Origin: an uncultured Lachnospiraceae bacterium | GTDB lineage: Bacteria; Bacillota; Clostridia; Lachnospirales; Lachnospiraceae | DNA: 64,000 nt | Assembly (NCBI GenBank): GCA_944384155.1 | Contig: CALWSG010000006.1 | Coordinates: 2,649-66,648, forward strand | Reading direction: 5' to 3' | Shown: piece by piece, positions 10,239-20,058 of the stretch | Layout: the number at the start of each line of letters is the position of its first letter | Position numbering within the stretch: position 1 is the stretch's first letter | The notes under the pieces: model-generated | Databases searched by the model: none | Told to the model about the DNA's origin: nothing | What the model saw: only the letters and a program-made list of their open reading frames with translations | Position numbers and translations under genes: made by a program

Positions 10239-11189
10239 TTAACTGTGTGTACGATAGTTAAAAGGTGAAGTAAATACCTTTTTAATTATTACGGGATAGA
10301 TGCCTGTTACCCAGAATGTAGTTAAAAAGTAAGGAATAACATTTGCAATAAGATTGTTTTCTGACATAAACAGCAGAAGGACAAATTCCGTTCCCTTATA
10401 GCAAAGGGCAACTCCAATCATACCGCATATATATTTAATAATTTGTCCCTTTACACTGATTCCCCGTTCAACGAATTTTACCTGAGTAATCTCAATGTAC
10501 CATCCGAAAATAAATCCAAGCATGGCAGAGCCGATTTTGAAGCAGTCAAGTCCGTTTACGGGAGCAACATTTTCGTATGCCATTTCATAGGCTCCGAGAA
10601 GCATAAGGGCAAAACCTGCAATAGTTACCACAACCAGAATAATACGGTAATGGGTTGGATCAAGCCAATAGTTATCGAAAAGATAACTGATTACAATGGT
10701 TACTAAAAGTCCTATGGCAAAACCTGCCATAACATCCCATGGAGTGTGTACCCCAAGATACATTCTTGAAAATCCAACGGCCAGTATTGGTATAAAAAAC
10801 AAAATTCCAAGCAGTATACTTCGTTTGCCAAGATACATGGAAATAGTTCCGTAAACTGAGGTGGCTGACTGTGTATGGCCACTTGGAAAAGAGTAGCCTG
10901 TGGCATGTTCTAGGGCTTTCTCCACAGGAGTAAATGATGTATCTTTAATAAAGGGGCGGGGTACCTTAATAATTATTTTTAAGGAATTTACAATAAAACC
11001 TGATACAAGGTAAGAAAAAGCAATTCTGTAGCCAAGCCTTTTATCAATGCACCAGTAAATAAGACATAAGACAGCAAAAATAATCAGTTCTTCCCCAAGC
11101 TTTGAAAAAATAAGATTAATAAATGTAAGAGCATCCCCCCGGATACTTTCAAGTAATTTTAGCAGTTCCACTTTTACCTCCCTGTACAT
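10239..11189 (-). CDS. PAP2-family membrane phosphatase
   Basis: K-x6-RP, SFPSGH and SRMYLGVH motifs; multiple TM helices; 19 nt downstream of typA. Confidence 0.9.
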   Translation of the reverse strand: MYREVKVELLKLLESIRGDALTFINLIFSKLGEELIIFAVLCLIYWCIDKRLGYRIAFSYLVSGFIVNSLKIIIKVPRPFIKDTSFTPVEKALEHATGYSFPSGHTQSATSVYGTISMYLGKRSILLGILFFIPILAVGFSRMYLGVHTPWDVMAGFAIGLLVTIVISYLFDNYWLDPTHYRIILVVVTIAGFALMLLGAYEMAYENVAPVNGLDCFKIGSAMLGFIFGWYIEITQVKFVERGISVKGQIIKYICGMIGVALCYKGTEFVLLLFMSENNLIANVIPYFLTTFWVTGIYPVIIKKVFTSPFNYRTHS

Positions 11190-11208
11190 TTTAAATGATT
11201 ATCTGTAG

Positions 11209-13038
11209 TTAGCTGTTGCGTTCTGCACGCTTTCTAAGAGTAGGGTCAAGAATTTTTTTTCGTATTCTCAGACTCTTAGGAGTGATTTCAAGAAGCTCAT
11301 TAGTGTCTATAAATTCAAGACACTGCTCAAGGCTTAATATTCTTGGAGGCGTAAGCTTAAGTGCATCATCTGAGCCGGAAGCACGGGTGTTTGTAAGCTG
11401 CTTTTTCTTACATACGTTAACCTCAATATCATCTGTCTTTCCGTTTTGACCTACCACCATACCTGAATATACTTTTTCGCCCGGTCCTATAAATAATGTA
11501 CCACGTTCCTGTGCATTATACAAGCCATAAGTTATGGCTTCTCCCGATTCATAGGCTATCAGTGAGCCCTGCTTGCGGTATTGAATATCTCCCTTATACG
11601 GACCATAGCCGTCAAATATAGTATTCATTATTCCGTTTCCCTTGGTGTCTGTCATAAATTCGCCGCGGTAGCCGATTAAGCCTCTTGCAGGTATTGAGAA
11701 TTCGAGCCGTGTATATCCGCCGTTAGAGACAGACATACTTTGAAGCTCCCCTTTTCTGGTGCTTAATTTTTCTATAATAGAGCCTGAAAATTCATCAGGT
11801 ACATCAATATATGCTATTTCCATAGGCTCTAAAAGCTTGCCGTTTTCATCATGCTTATACAAAACCTCTGCCTTGCTTACGGCAAATTCATAACCCTCGC
11901 GTCTCATGTTTTCAATTAATACTGACAGATGAAGCTCGCCGCGTCCCGATACCTTATATGCTTCAGTTGTATCTGTCTCCTCAACACGGAGACTAACATC
12001 AGTGTTTAATTCCCTGAATAATCGCTCACGCAAATGTCTTGAGGTTACAAATTTTCCCTCCTGACCTGCAAGGGGGCTGTCATTTACCATAAAATTCATT
12101 GAAATAGTAGGTTCTGATATTTTCTGAAAAGGAATTGCCACAGGATTTTCCGGGGAACATATTGTGTCACCTATATGAATGTCAGCTATACCTGATATGG
12201 CAACTATGGAGCCTATTCCCGCTTCTGTAACCTCTACTTTATTTAAACCGTCAAATTCATAAAGCTTGCTTATTTTAACCTTTTTCTTCATTTCAGGGTC
12301 ATGGGCATTTACAAGGACACACTCCTGATTAACCTTAAGAGAGCCGTTATCAATCTTTCCAACACCTATACGTCCAACATACTCGTTGTAGTCAATAGTG
12401 CTTATAAGAACCTGGGTATCTGCGTCAGGATCTCCTTCCGGGGCAGGGATATAATTAACAATAGTTTCAAAAAGCGGAGTCATATCCAAAGGCTCGTCCC
12501 CAAGCTCCAAAACAGCATGACCTGACTTGGCGGAAGCAAAAACAAAAGGACAGTCAAGCTGCTCCTCTGACGCATCAAGCTCTAAGAAAAGTTCAAGCAC
12601 CTCGTCAATAACCTCATTTGGACGTGCTTCCGGTCTGTCAATTTTATTTACACAGACAATAACGGGAAGATTAAGCTCAAGTGCCTTTCTTAAGACGAAT
12701 TTAGTCTGGGGCATGGCGCCCTCGAAGGCGTCAACCACAAGAACAACACCATTTACCATTTTAAGCACACGCTCAACTTCGCCGCCGAAATCAGCATGTC
12801 CGGGAGTGTCAATAATATTAATTTTTATATCTTTATAATAAACGGCAGTATTTTTAGATAAAATTGTAATACCACGCTCACGCTCAATATCATTTGAGTC
12901 CATTACTCTCTCAGCAACCTCCTGATTGGCACGGAAAACACCGCTTTGCCTTAAGAGCTGGTCAACCAAAGTAGTTTTACCGTGGTCTACATGAGCAATA
13001 ATGGCAATATTACGTATATCTTTTCTTTGTGTTTTCAT
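11209..13038 (-). CDS. typA: Translational GTPase TypA/BipA
   Basis: AHVDHGKTT, ERGITI, DTPGHADFGGEVER, GRGELHL, BipA C-terminal KKQLTNTRASG. Start moved to ATG 13038. Confidence 0.97.
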   Translation of the reverse strand: MKTQRKDIRNIAIIAHVDHGKTTLVDQLLRQSGVFRANQEVAERVMDSNDIERERGITILSKNTAVYYKDIKINIIDTPGHADFGGEVERVLKMVNGVVLVVDAFEGAMPQTKFVLRKALELNLPVIVCVNKIDRPEARPNEVIDEVLELFLELDASEEQLDCPFVFASAKSGHAVLELGDEPLDMTPLFETIVNYIPAPEGDPDADTQVLISTIDYNEYVGRIGVGKIDNGSLKVNQECVLVNAHDPEMKKKVKISKLYEFDGLNKVEVTEAGIGSIVAISGIADIHIGDTICSPENPVAIPFQKISEPTISMNFMVNDSPLAGQEGKFVTSRHLRERLFRELNTDVSLRVEETDTTEAYKVSGRGELHLSVLIENMRREGYEFAVSKAEVLYKHDENGKLLEPMEIAYIDVPDEFSGSIIEKLSTRKGELQSMSVSNGGYTRLEFSIPARGLIGYRGEFMTDTKGNGIMNTIFDGYGPYKGDIQYRKQGSLIAYESGEAITYGLYNAQERGTLFIGPGEKVYSGMVVGQNGKTDDIEVNVCKKKQLTNTRASGSDDALKLTPPRILSLEQCLEFIDTNELLEITPKSLRIRKKILDPTLRKRAERNS

Positions 13039-13330
13039 AATCAAAACGTCCTTCTTTCTAAAATTTTTTAGTTTCCCCATTTTTAATTTCATACCATATG
13101 GCACATAAAAAATGTAATTTATGGAAACTCAGGTCTAAAATTCTCTTTTCAATTTTATAAAATTATAGTATAATAAAACAGTATACAGTTTAACATAAAA
13201 ATCATAAAATACAAGAAAAAGTTTGTAATTACAATATTATTTTTATTATTTTTTGGTTCTAAATTTAAAAAATGGGAATATATATTAAGAGAGTGAAAAC
13301 ACTGCACAAAATTTGAAGGGAGAAATACCA

Positions 13331-13963
13331 ATGGTAGATAAGGTAATTGAAAACAACAGAGTAAGTATATTAGGGGAGGTGGTATCGGATTTCAGATATA
13401 GTCATCAGGTGTACGGTGAAGGCTTTTATATGGTTGATGTAGCTGTAAACAGGCTGAGTGATCTCACAGATGTAGTTCCTCTTATGGTATCAGAGAGACT
13501 GGTTGATGTGACGGAAAGCTGTATTGGAAGACTTGTAGAAGTTACGGGTCAGTTCCGTTCCTATAACAGACATGAGGAAAATAGAAATAAGCTTGTATTG
13601 TCAGTATTTGTAAGAGAGTGGGAATTTGTAGAGGAAAATCCGGAGGCAGGAAAAACAAATCAGATATATCTTGATGGATTCATATGCAAAGCACCTATAT
13701 ATAGAAAAACACCATTAGGAAGAGAAATAGCAGATTTGCTTGTGGCGGTAAACCGTCCATACGGAAAATCAGACTATATTCCATGTATTGCATGGGGCAG
13801 AAATGCAAGATTTGCCTCAACCTTCGAGGTGGGCGGAAAAATTCAAATCTGGGGAAGAGTCCAGAGCAGGGATTATGTTAAGAAAATAAGCGAGGATGAA
13901 ATAGAAAAGCATGTGGCATATGAGGTGTCAGTAAGCAAATTAGAGGTTCCAAGCGAGCTGTAA
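13331..13963 (+). CDS. Single-stranded DNA-binding protein with two tandem OB folds
   Basis: Two SSB-like halves (N..I.G...VAVNR...D..P); second half has DYIPCIAWG and WGRVQSRDY; no acidic tail. ATG 13331 has a GGGAG RBS. Confidence 0.8.
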   Translation: MVDKVIENNRVSILGEVVSDFRYSHQVYGEGFYMVDVAVNRLSDLTDVVPLMVSERLVDVTESCIGRLVEVTGQFRSYNRHEENRNKLVLSVFVREWEFVEENPEAGKTNQIYLDGFICKAPIYRKTPLGREIADLLVAVNRPYGKSDYIPCIAWGRNARFASTFEVGGKIQIWGRVQSRDYVKKISEDEIEKHVAYEVSVSKLEVPSEL

Positions 13964-13969
13964 TAATTG

Positions 13970-13998
13970 TTGACATTATATCCTTGCAGTGTTATTAT
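13970..13998 (+). promoter_or_regulatory. sigma-A promoter driving lysine riboswitch/dapA operon
   Basis: TTGACA(13970-13975)-N17-TATTAT(13993-13998) with TG extended -10. Confidence 0.75.
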
Positions 13999-14046
13999 AA
14001 TTAATAACCGGTGAAGTTAAAATTCACTAAAATAATATATTTATTA

Positions 14047-14214
14047 TTTTATAGAGGTCGCGTTTTTAATAAGTAGCTTTTTGGATGCAGGCAGGCATAT
14101 GAAGAAAAGAGAAAGGGAAAAACGCCGAAAGATAAAAAGTGCCATATTTTATCTTGGGCATATGGTGAATAACCATATGACTGTCATCATAGCATTTGAT
14201 GGAGAGCTATAAAA
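14047..14214 (+). ncRNA. Lysine riboswitch (L-box) aptamer
   Basis: Ordered hallmark elements AGAGGTCGCG, AGTA, AAAGGG, CGCCGAA, CTTGGG, GAATA, ACTGTCA, GGAGAGCTA; P1 closure; upstream of dapA-dapB. Confidence 0.93.
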
Positions 14215-14259
14215 ATTTCTTTCTAAAGCAGATGATTTCTGTGTGCATTATGAAATTGT

Positions 14260-14285
14260 GGCTAACCATCAGGTTAGCCTTTTTG
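14260..14285 (+). terminator. Riboswitch expression-platform terminator
   Basis: GGCTAACC-ATCA-GGTTAGCC followed by a T run. Confidence 0.85.
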
Positions 14286-14358
14286 TTGTGGTGAGACAAT
14301 AGAGAGGTTAAAGGATTGCCGGGGTAAAAGTCCGGTAAAAAGAAAGAGAGGTTATTAT

Positions 14359-15246
14359 ATGTCAATTTTCACAGGTGCAGGTGTTGCCATAGTAACACCT
14401 ATGAAGGAAAACGGAGAAGTAAATTATGAGGTGTTTGCAGATATAGTTGAAGAGCAGATAGAGGCAGGGACAGATGCAATTATTGTCTGCGGAACAACGG
14501 GAGAGGCATCAACACTTACACACGAGGAGCATATTGAATGTATAAGATTTGTTGTTGAAAAGGTAAATAAAAGAGTTCCCGTAATAGCAGGAACAGGCTC
14601 TAACTGCACGGAAACAGCCATTTACCTCTCAAGAGAGGCAGAAAAGTACGGTGCAGACGGAGTTCTTCTGGTGTCACCATATTATAATAAGGCAACTCAG
14701 GGAGGATTGAAAAAGCATTTTACAGCCATAGCAGCATCAATAAAAATTCCTGTGATTTTATACAATGTTCCGTCAAGAACAGGCTGTAATATTCTTCCTG
14801 AAACAGTTGTGGCAATAGCGGAGGAAGCAGAAAATGTTGTGGCAATAAAGGAGGCAAGCGGCAATATTTCCCAAGTGGCAAAGCTTGCACAGCTTTCTAA
14901 TGGGAATATAGATATTTATTCAGGAAATGATGACCAGATAGTACCAATACTTTCTCTGGGGGGAAAAGGCGTCATATCAGTGCTTTCAAATGTTGCACCT
15001 AAGCAGACACATGATATTGTTGCAAAATATCTTGAGGGCAATGTTCAGGAAAGCCTTGAAATACAGCTTAAGGCACTGCCTCTTATAAATGCATTGTTCA
15101 GCGAGGTTAATCCTATTCCTGTTAAGGCAGCCATGAATCTTATGGGTAAAAATGTGGGAGGATTAAGAATGCCCCTTACTGAAATGGAGGATGCAAACAG
15201 GGAAAAGCTGGCAGGGGCAATGAGAGAATACGGAATTTTACAGTAA
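14359..15246 (+). CDS. dapA: 4-hydroxy-tetrahydrodipicolinate synthase
   Basis: GTTGEA, YNVPSRTG, Schiff-base IKEASG, NPIPVK. Confidence 0.97.
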   Translation: MSIFTGAGVAIVTPMKENGEVNYEVFADIVEEQIEAGTDAIIVCGTTGEASTLTHEEHIECIRFVVEKVNKRVPVIAGTGSNCTETAIYLSREAEKYGADGVLLVSPYYNKATQGGLKKHFTAIAASIKIPVILYNVPSRTGCNILPETVVAIAEEAENVVAIKEASGNISQVAKLAQLSNGNIDIYSGNDDQIVPILSLGGKGVISVLSNVAPKQTHDIVAKYLEGNVQESLEIQLKALPLINALFSEVNPIPVKAAMNLMGKNVGGLRMPLTEMEDANREKLAGAMREYGILQ

Positions 15247-15280
15247 AACATACAGATGAATAAAAAATGGAGGAAAAAAC

Positions 15281-16036
15281 ATGACGCGTATTATTATGGT
15301 AGGCTGCGGCGGAAAAATGGGAAAGGTGATTTCTGACATAGTAAGGTCGGATAAGGACGCAGAGATTGTGGCAGGTGTTGATGTAAATACAAGCTGGTCA
15401 AATGATTATCCCGTATACGGAAAAATCAGTGATGTAAAAGAAAAAGCAGATGTAATAATAGATTTTTCAACGCCTGTGGTTCTTGAGGATATACTTGATT
15501 ACTGCGAAGAAAATAATACGGCAGCAGTGTTATGTACTACAGGATACAGCAGAGAAGAAGTAGAAAAGATAAATAATGCTTCAAAAAAATGCACCCTATT
15601 AAGGTCGGCAAATATGTCTCTTGGCATAAATACAATGATAAAGGTTATGGAGGCAGTTACTAAAACCTTGGCTGATGCAGGCTTTGACATTGAGATAGTA
15701 GAGAAGCACCATAATCAGAAGGTTGACGCACCAAGCGGAACGGCACTGGCCCTGGCTGACGCTATAAACGGTGAGCTTAATAATGAATATACATACCGAT
15801 ATGACAGAAGCAGCGAAAGGGAAAAAAGACCGGTAAAGGAAATAGGAATAAGTGCAGTAAGAGGGGGAACCATTGTAGGAGAGCATGAGGTTATCTTTGC
15901 AGGAACGGATGAGGTAATAGAGTTTAAGCATACAGCATATTCAAAGGCAATATTTGCAAAGGGTGCCGTTCAGGCGGCAAAGTATATAAGCGGCAGAACC
16001 CCGGGGCTTTATACAATGAAGGAAGTAATAGGATAA
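15281..16036 (+). CDS. dapB: 4-hydroxy-tetrahydrodipicolinate reductase
   Basis: GxxGKMG, IDFS, EKHHNQKVDAPSGTA, RGGTIVGEH. Confidence 0.97.
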   Translation: MTRIIMVGCGGKMGKVISDIVRSDKDAEIVAGVDVNTSWSNDYPVYGKISDVKEKADVIIDFSTPVVLEDILDYCEENNTAAVLCTTGYSREEVEKINNASKKCTLLRSANMSLGINTMIKVMEAVTKTLADAGFDIEIVEKHHNQKVDAPSGTALALADAINGELNNEYTYRYDRSSEREKRPVKEIGISAVRGGTIVGEHEVIFAGTDEVIEFKHTAYSKAIFAKGAVQAAKYISGRTPGLYTMKEVIG

Positions 16037-16063
16037 CAGAATTGTACAAAAGGAAGATTAAAA

Positions 16064-16567
16064 ATGGAATTTTGGGATATTTATGACAGTAATAAGCAGA
16101 GAACAGGACGCACCATGAAAAGAAACGACTGGTGTCTTAAGGATAATGAATATCACCTGACTGTTCTTGGGGTAATAGCAAGACCTGACGGGAGATTTCT
16201 TATTACAAAAAGAGTTATGACTAAGGCATGGGCACCCGGCTGGTGGGAGGTATCAGGGGGAGCAGCCATGGCAGGCGAGGATTCTAAAGATGCTGTGATA
16301 CGTGAGGTCAGGGAGGAAACGGGACTTGATGTGTCATCCTGTGACGGAGGATATTTATTTACCTATCACAGGGAAAATCCCGGTCAGGGAGACAATTACT
16401 TTGTTGATGTATACAGATTTATTCTCGACTTTGAAGAAAGAGATTTAAAATTGCAGGAGGCAGAGACGGAAGGATATATGCTGGCAACTGCCGAAGAAAT
16501 AGAAAATTTTGCAAAACAGGGAATTTTTCTTCACTATGACAGCATAAAAGATGCTTTCAGGTTTTGA
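16064..16567 (+). CDS. NUDIX hydrolase
   Basis: Nudix box GGAAMAGEDSKDAVIREVREETG. Confidence 0.9.
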   Translation: MEFWDIYDSNKQRTGRTMKRNDWCLKDNEYHLTVLGVIARPDGRFLITKRVMTKAWAPGWWEVSGGAAMAGEDSKDAVIREVREETGLDVSSCDGGYLFTYHRENPGQGDNYFVDVYRFILDFEERDLKLQEAETEGYMLATAEEIENFAKQGIFLHYDSIKDAFRF

Positions 16568-16699
16568 AAAATAAATTTTCACAAAAAAAACATATAAAAA
16601 TTTAATATTATATGGTAAAATATATAATGCGTTTTGTGCAGCAATACGCATTATATATTTTTTTGGTTTATTTGTATAAAAAACAAGGAGGAAAAACCG

Positions 16700-17653
16700 T
16701 TGATTGAAGTTAAAAATCTCGTAAAAAAATACGGTGACCATATGGCAGTAAAAGACCTTAGCTTTAATATTGAAAAAGGCAAAATATATGGATTCTTGGG
16801 ACCAAACGGTGCAGGAAAGTCTACAACCATGAATATTATAACAGGGTATCTGGCAGCCACAGAGGGACAGGTTATAGTAAACGGTCATGACATTTATGAG
16901 GAGCCGGAGGAGGCAAAAAAATGTATTGGATATCTTCCGGAAATACCACCACTTTATCCTGATATGACGCCAAAGGAATATCTGGAATTTTCGGCAGATT
17001 TAAAGGGAATAGAAAAAAAACGAAGGGCAGAGCAGTTTAAGGAAATATCAAAGCTTACGGGAATAGAGGACGTTATGAACAGGCTTATCAAAAATCTGTC
17101 AAAAGGATACAGGCAGAGGGTAGGTCTGGCACAGGCAATACTTGGTTATCCTGAGGTTATTATTCTTGACGAGCCTACGGTTGGTCTTGACCCTAAGCAG
17201 ATAGTTGAAATAAGAGATGTTATAAAGGGTCTGAGCAAAAGACACACTGTAATTTTAAGCACACATATTATGCAGGAGGTAAGTGCAGTGTGTGATGAGG
17301 TTATTATAATAGCTCACGGTGAGCTTGTGGCAAGAGATACGCCGGACAATCTGGGAAAGCATGTTTCAGGCTCCAATACGGTAGAGCTTTCCGTTAAGGC
17401 TCCTGATTATAAGGTAAAGGCAATATTAAACAAGCTTGGAGGAGTAACTAAGTTTGAGGTTCACAGCGACAATGATGAGGGATGTACCAAGGCACTTGTA
17501 TCTACAGGTGTGGACAAGGATTTAAGGGAAGATTTGTTTTATGCCTTTGCAAATGCCAAGTGCCCTATTGTTGCAATGAATTACTCTAATACTTCACTTG
17601 AGGACGTATTTATAAAGGTTACGTCAGGAAGGCAGACCGACAGAAGGCGATAG
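16700..17653 (+). CDS. ABC transporter ATP-binding protein (GldA-like)
   Basis: GPNGAGKS, LSKGYRQR, ILDEPT. TTG start at 16700 follows a GGAGG RBS. Confidence 0.9.
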   Translation: MIEVKNLVKKYGDHMAVKDLSFNIEKGKIYGFLGPNGAGKSTTMNIITGYLAATEGQVIVNGHDIYEEPEEAKKCIGYLPEIPPLYPDMTPKEYLEFSADLKGIEKKRRAEQFKEISKLTGIEDVMNRLIKNLSKGYRQRVGLAQAILGYPEVIILDEPTVGLDPKQIVEIRDVIKGLSKRHTVILSTHIMQEVSAVCDEVIIIAHGELVARDTPDNLGKHVSGSNTVELSVKAPDYKVKAILNKLGGVTKFEVHSDNDEGCTKALVSTGVDKDLREDLFYAFANAKCPIVAMNYSNTSLEDVFIKVTSGRQTDRRR

Positions 17654-17688
17654 TATTTTGAAAATAAATATGAAAGGTAAGGATAAAA

Positions 17689-18576
17689 ATGTTAGCAATA
17701 TATAAAAAAGAGCTGAGAACATATTTTACTACTATGACAGGATATGCTTTCATTGCTTTTTTCAGCCTTGTATCCGGCTTTGTGTTTTACTATATGAATG
17801 TGGAAGGCTCAAGTGCGTTTGTCGGATATTTTTTAAGGTATTCGTACATATCGGTAATAATGATGGTGCTTGTACCTGTTTTGACCATGAAAATATTTGC
17901 AGATGAAAGACATTCCAAGACGGATCAGATGCTTTTTACGGCACCTGTCACTGTGGGAAAGATAGTAATGGGAAAATATCTTGCAGTTGCCACAGTGTTT
18001 TCTATTCCCGTAGCGGTAATGCTTACATATCCTCTTATTATGATGGATTACGGTGATACGCCTGTGGGAGCCAATTATGCGGCTATAGCAGGCTTTTGGC
18101 TTATGGGACTTGCACTTTTTGCAATAGGGTGCTTTGTGTCATCAATAACTGAAAATCAGATTATTTCAGCAGTAGTTACATTTGCCATATTACTTTTTTT
18201 GTTCCTGCTTCAGTATATCACAGGTATTTTTTCAACAGACGCCCTTGTGTCGGCTATAGCAATATGTGTTTTTGTGATATTGTTTGCCGTTATATACTGG
18301 TTGGTTGCAAGAAAGACCGTTGATAAGGCTGCTATATATGCAGTGATTATAGCTTTGGCGGGGATAGCAGTTGTAGTGGCATTATACTTTATTAACAGCA
18401 GTATGTTTGACGGACTTCTTCAAAATATAATGCTGCGCTGTTCAGTTTATTATATGTTTACCTATTATTTTTCAGCAGAGGTAATTGATATAGGAAGCTT
18501 TGTTTATTTCATTTCTGTTATTGGCTTTTTCCTGTTTCTTACGGTACAGTCAATACAGAAGAGACGTTGGAGTTAG
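17689..18576 (+). CDS. ABC-2 type permease (GldF-like)
   Basis: KKELRTYF N-terminus, LTMKIFADER..KTDQMLFTAPV motif, about 8 TM helices. Confidence 0.85.
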   Translation: MLAIYKKELRTYFTTMTGYAFIAFFSLVSGFVFYYMNVEGSSAFVGYFLRYSYISVIMMVLVPVLTMKIFADERHSKTDQMLFTAPVTVGKIVMGKYLAVATVFSIPVAVMLTYPLIMMDYGDTPVGANYAAIAGFWLMGLALFAIGCFVSSITENQIISAVVTFAILLFLFLLQYITGIFSTDALVSAIAICVFVILFAVIYWLVARKTVDKAAIYAVIIALAGIAVVVALYFINSSMFDGLLQNIMLRCSVYYMFTYYFSAEVIDIGSFVYFISVIGFFLFLTVQSIQKRRWS

Positions 18577-18588
18577 GAGGTGGCTTAG

Positions 18589-20058
18589 ATGAGAAATAAA
18601 GACAAAAGTATTCAGACTTCCACAACCCTGGAAAAACGCCGCAAAATGACAAGTGCAAATTATACAATGGGAATGACGGCACTTGTACTTGCATTTGCAG
18701 TAATTATAAATCTTATAGTAAGCTCCCTCAGTACACAGTACAGACAGATAGATTTAACAAGAGGAGATATATTTACACTTACTGATGAGACAACAGAATT
18801 TCTTGACGAGCTTGATAAGGACGTGTACATATATCTTATACTTGAGGATATAACAAACAGAAATGATGATTTGTACAGACTTTTGCAGGTATACGCAGAT
18901 ACATCAGAGCATATAAAGCTTCAAACAATTAACCCGGCACAGAATCCTACGTTTATGGAGAACAGGGAATATGTATCTGAGGGAAGTATAATAGTAGAAT
19001 ACGGAGACAGATTTAAAGGTGTGGAGCTAAGTGAGATGCTTATATCATCGGAGGACTCCAATACAGGAAATACATATTATTTCTATGATATGGAGGGGCA
19101 GATAACAAGTGCCATAAGCTATGTTACATCAGAGGAGCTTCCAAAGGCGTATATGCTTAGGGGAGCAACAAGAGATACATTGGATGATTCACTTATAACA
19201 GAAATAAATAAGCAGAATATAGATGTGGCAACCCTGAATTTAACAGATGCAGGTGCAATTCCGGAAGATGCAGATATTATTATTCTGGACCAGCCTGTAG
19301 AGGATATATCAGATGAAGAGTATGAGCTTTTATTTGACTTTATGGAAAACGGCGGCTCCCTTCTTATGTTTGAATATTATAATCATAACGATGAGTCAGA
19401 GCTTCCAAACATAGAGAACCTGCTGGCACATTATGGAATATCAGTAAATTACGGAGTGGCACTTGAAACAAATTCATCATATTTATATGACAATGTGGCT
19501 TATTATTCAAAGCCTTTGCTGGAGGAGCATGAAATTACTGAGGATTTGATAAGCAATGATACAAGCCTTCTTGTTGCCATGGGTGATTCCATTGAGATAG
19601 GAGATGTTCCTGACAGTGTAACTGTTGAACCTTTGCTTACGTCAACATCAAGTGCATATTATAAAGCAGCATCATATAAAAACAGCTCAAGCGGTGCATC
19701 TATGAGCCAGCTTGCTTCTGATCCCGTAGGAACATTTAATTATGCAGTTGCCATAACAGATGACATAGCTGAAGATGTACAGTCAAGATTTGTGTATGTA
19801 TCTTCATATGCATTTGCAGAGACAGATGCATTTTCATCAACCATTGGTTCAGGAAATGCTACCTTTGTTGTGAGATGTATGCAGTGGCTTGCAAATCAGG
19901 AGGACACTATTTCCATACCTATAAAGAGCAGAACATATAATAATCTTATATATACGGTAGATGCACAGCAAAGGATATTTTATACGGTAGTAGTTATAAT
20001 ACCGGCAGCAGTGCTTGCGTATGGCGGCTATGTATGGTTTAGGAGAAGGAGAAAATGA
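18589..20058 (+). CDS. GldG-like ABC auxiliary membrane protein with large extracellular domain
   Basis: N-terminal TM, IDLT...FTL....T motif, EGQITSAI, C-terminal TM followed by WFRRRRK. Confidence 0.8.
   Translation: MRNKDKSIQTSTTLEKRRKMTSANYTMGMTALVLAFAVIINLIVSSLSTQYRQIDLTRGDIFTLTDETTEFLDELDKDVYIYLILEDITNRNDDLYRLLQVYADTSEHIKLQTINPAQNPTFMENREYVSEGSIIVEYGDRFKGVELSEMLISSEDSNTGNTYYFYDMEGQITSAISYVTSEELPKAYMLRGATRDTLDDSLITEINKQNIDVATLNLTDAGAIPEDADIIILDQPVEDISDEEYELLFDFMENGGSLLMFEYYNHNDESELPNIENLLAHYGISVNYGVALETNSSYLYDNVAYYSKPLLEEHEITEDLISNDTSLLVAMGDSIEIGDVPDSVTVEPLLTSTSSAYYKAASYKNSSSGASMSQLASDPVGTFNYAVAITDDIAEDVQSRFVYVSSYAFAETDAFSSTIGSGNATFVVRCMQWLANQEDTISIPIKSRTYNNLIYTVDAQQRIFYTVVVIIPAAVLAYGGYVWFRRRRK

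Noticed and set aside
14301-14354. AGAGAGGTTA direct repeat upstream of dapA
   Set aside because: The second copy is simply the RBS; only two 10-bp copies, no ORF after the first; insufficient support for a function.
17013-17020. A8 homopolymer in GldA-like ATPase
   Set aside because: Frame intact; such runs are frequent in this AT-rich DNA.
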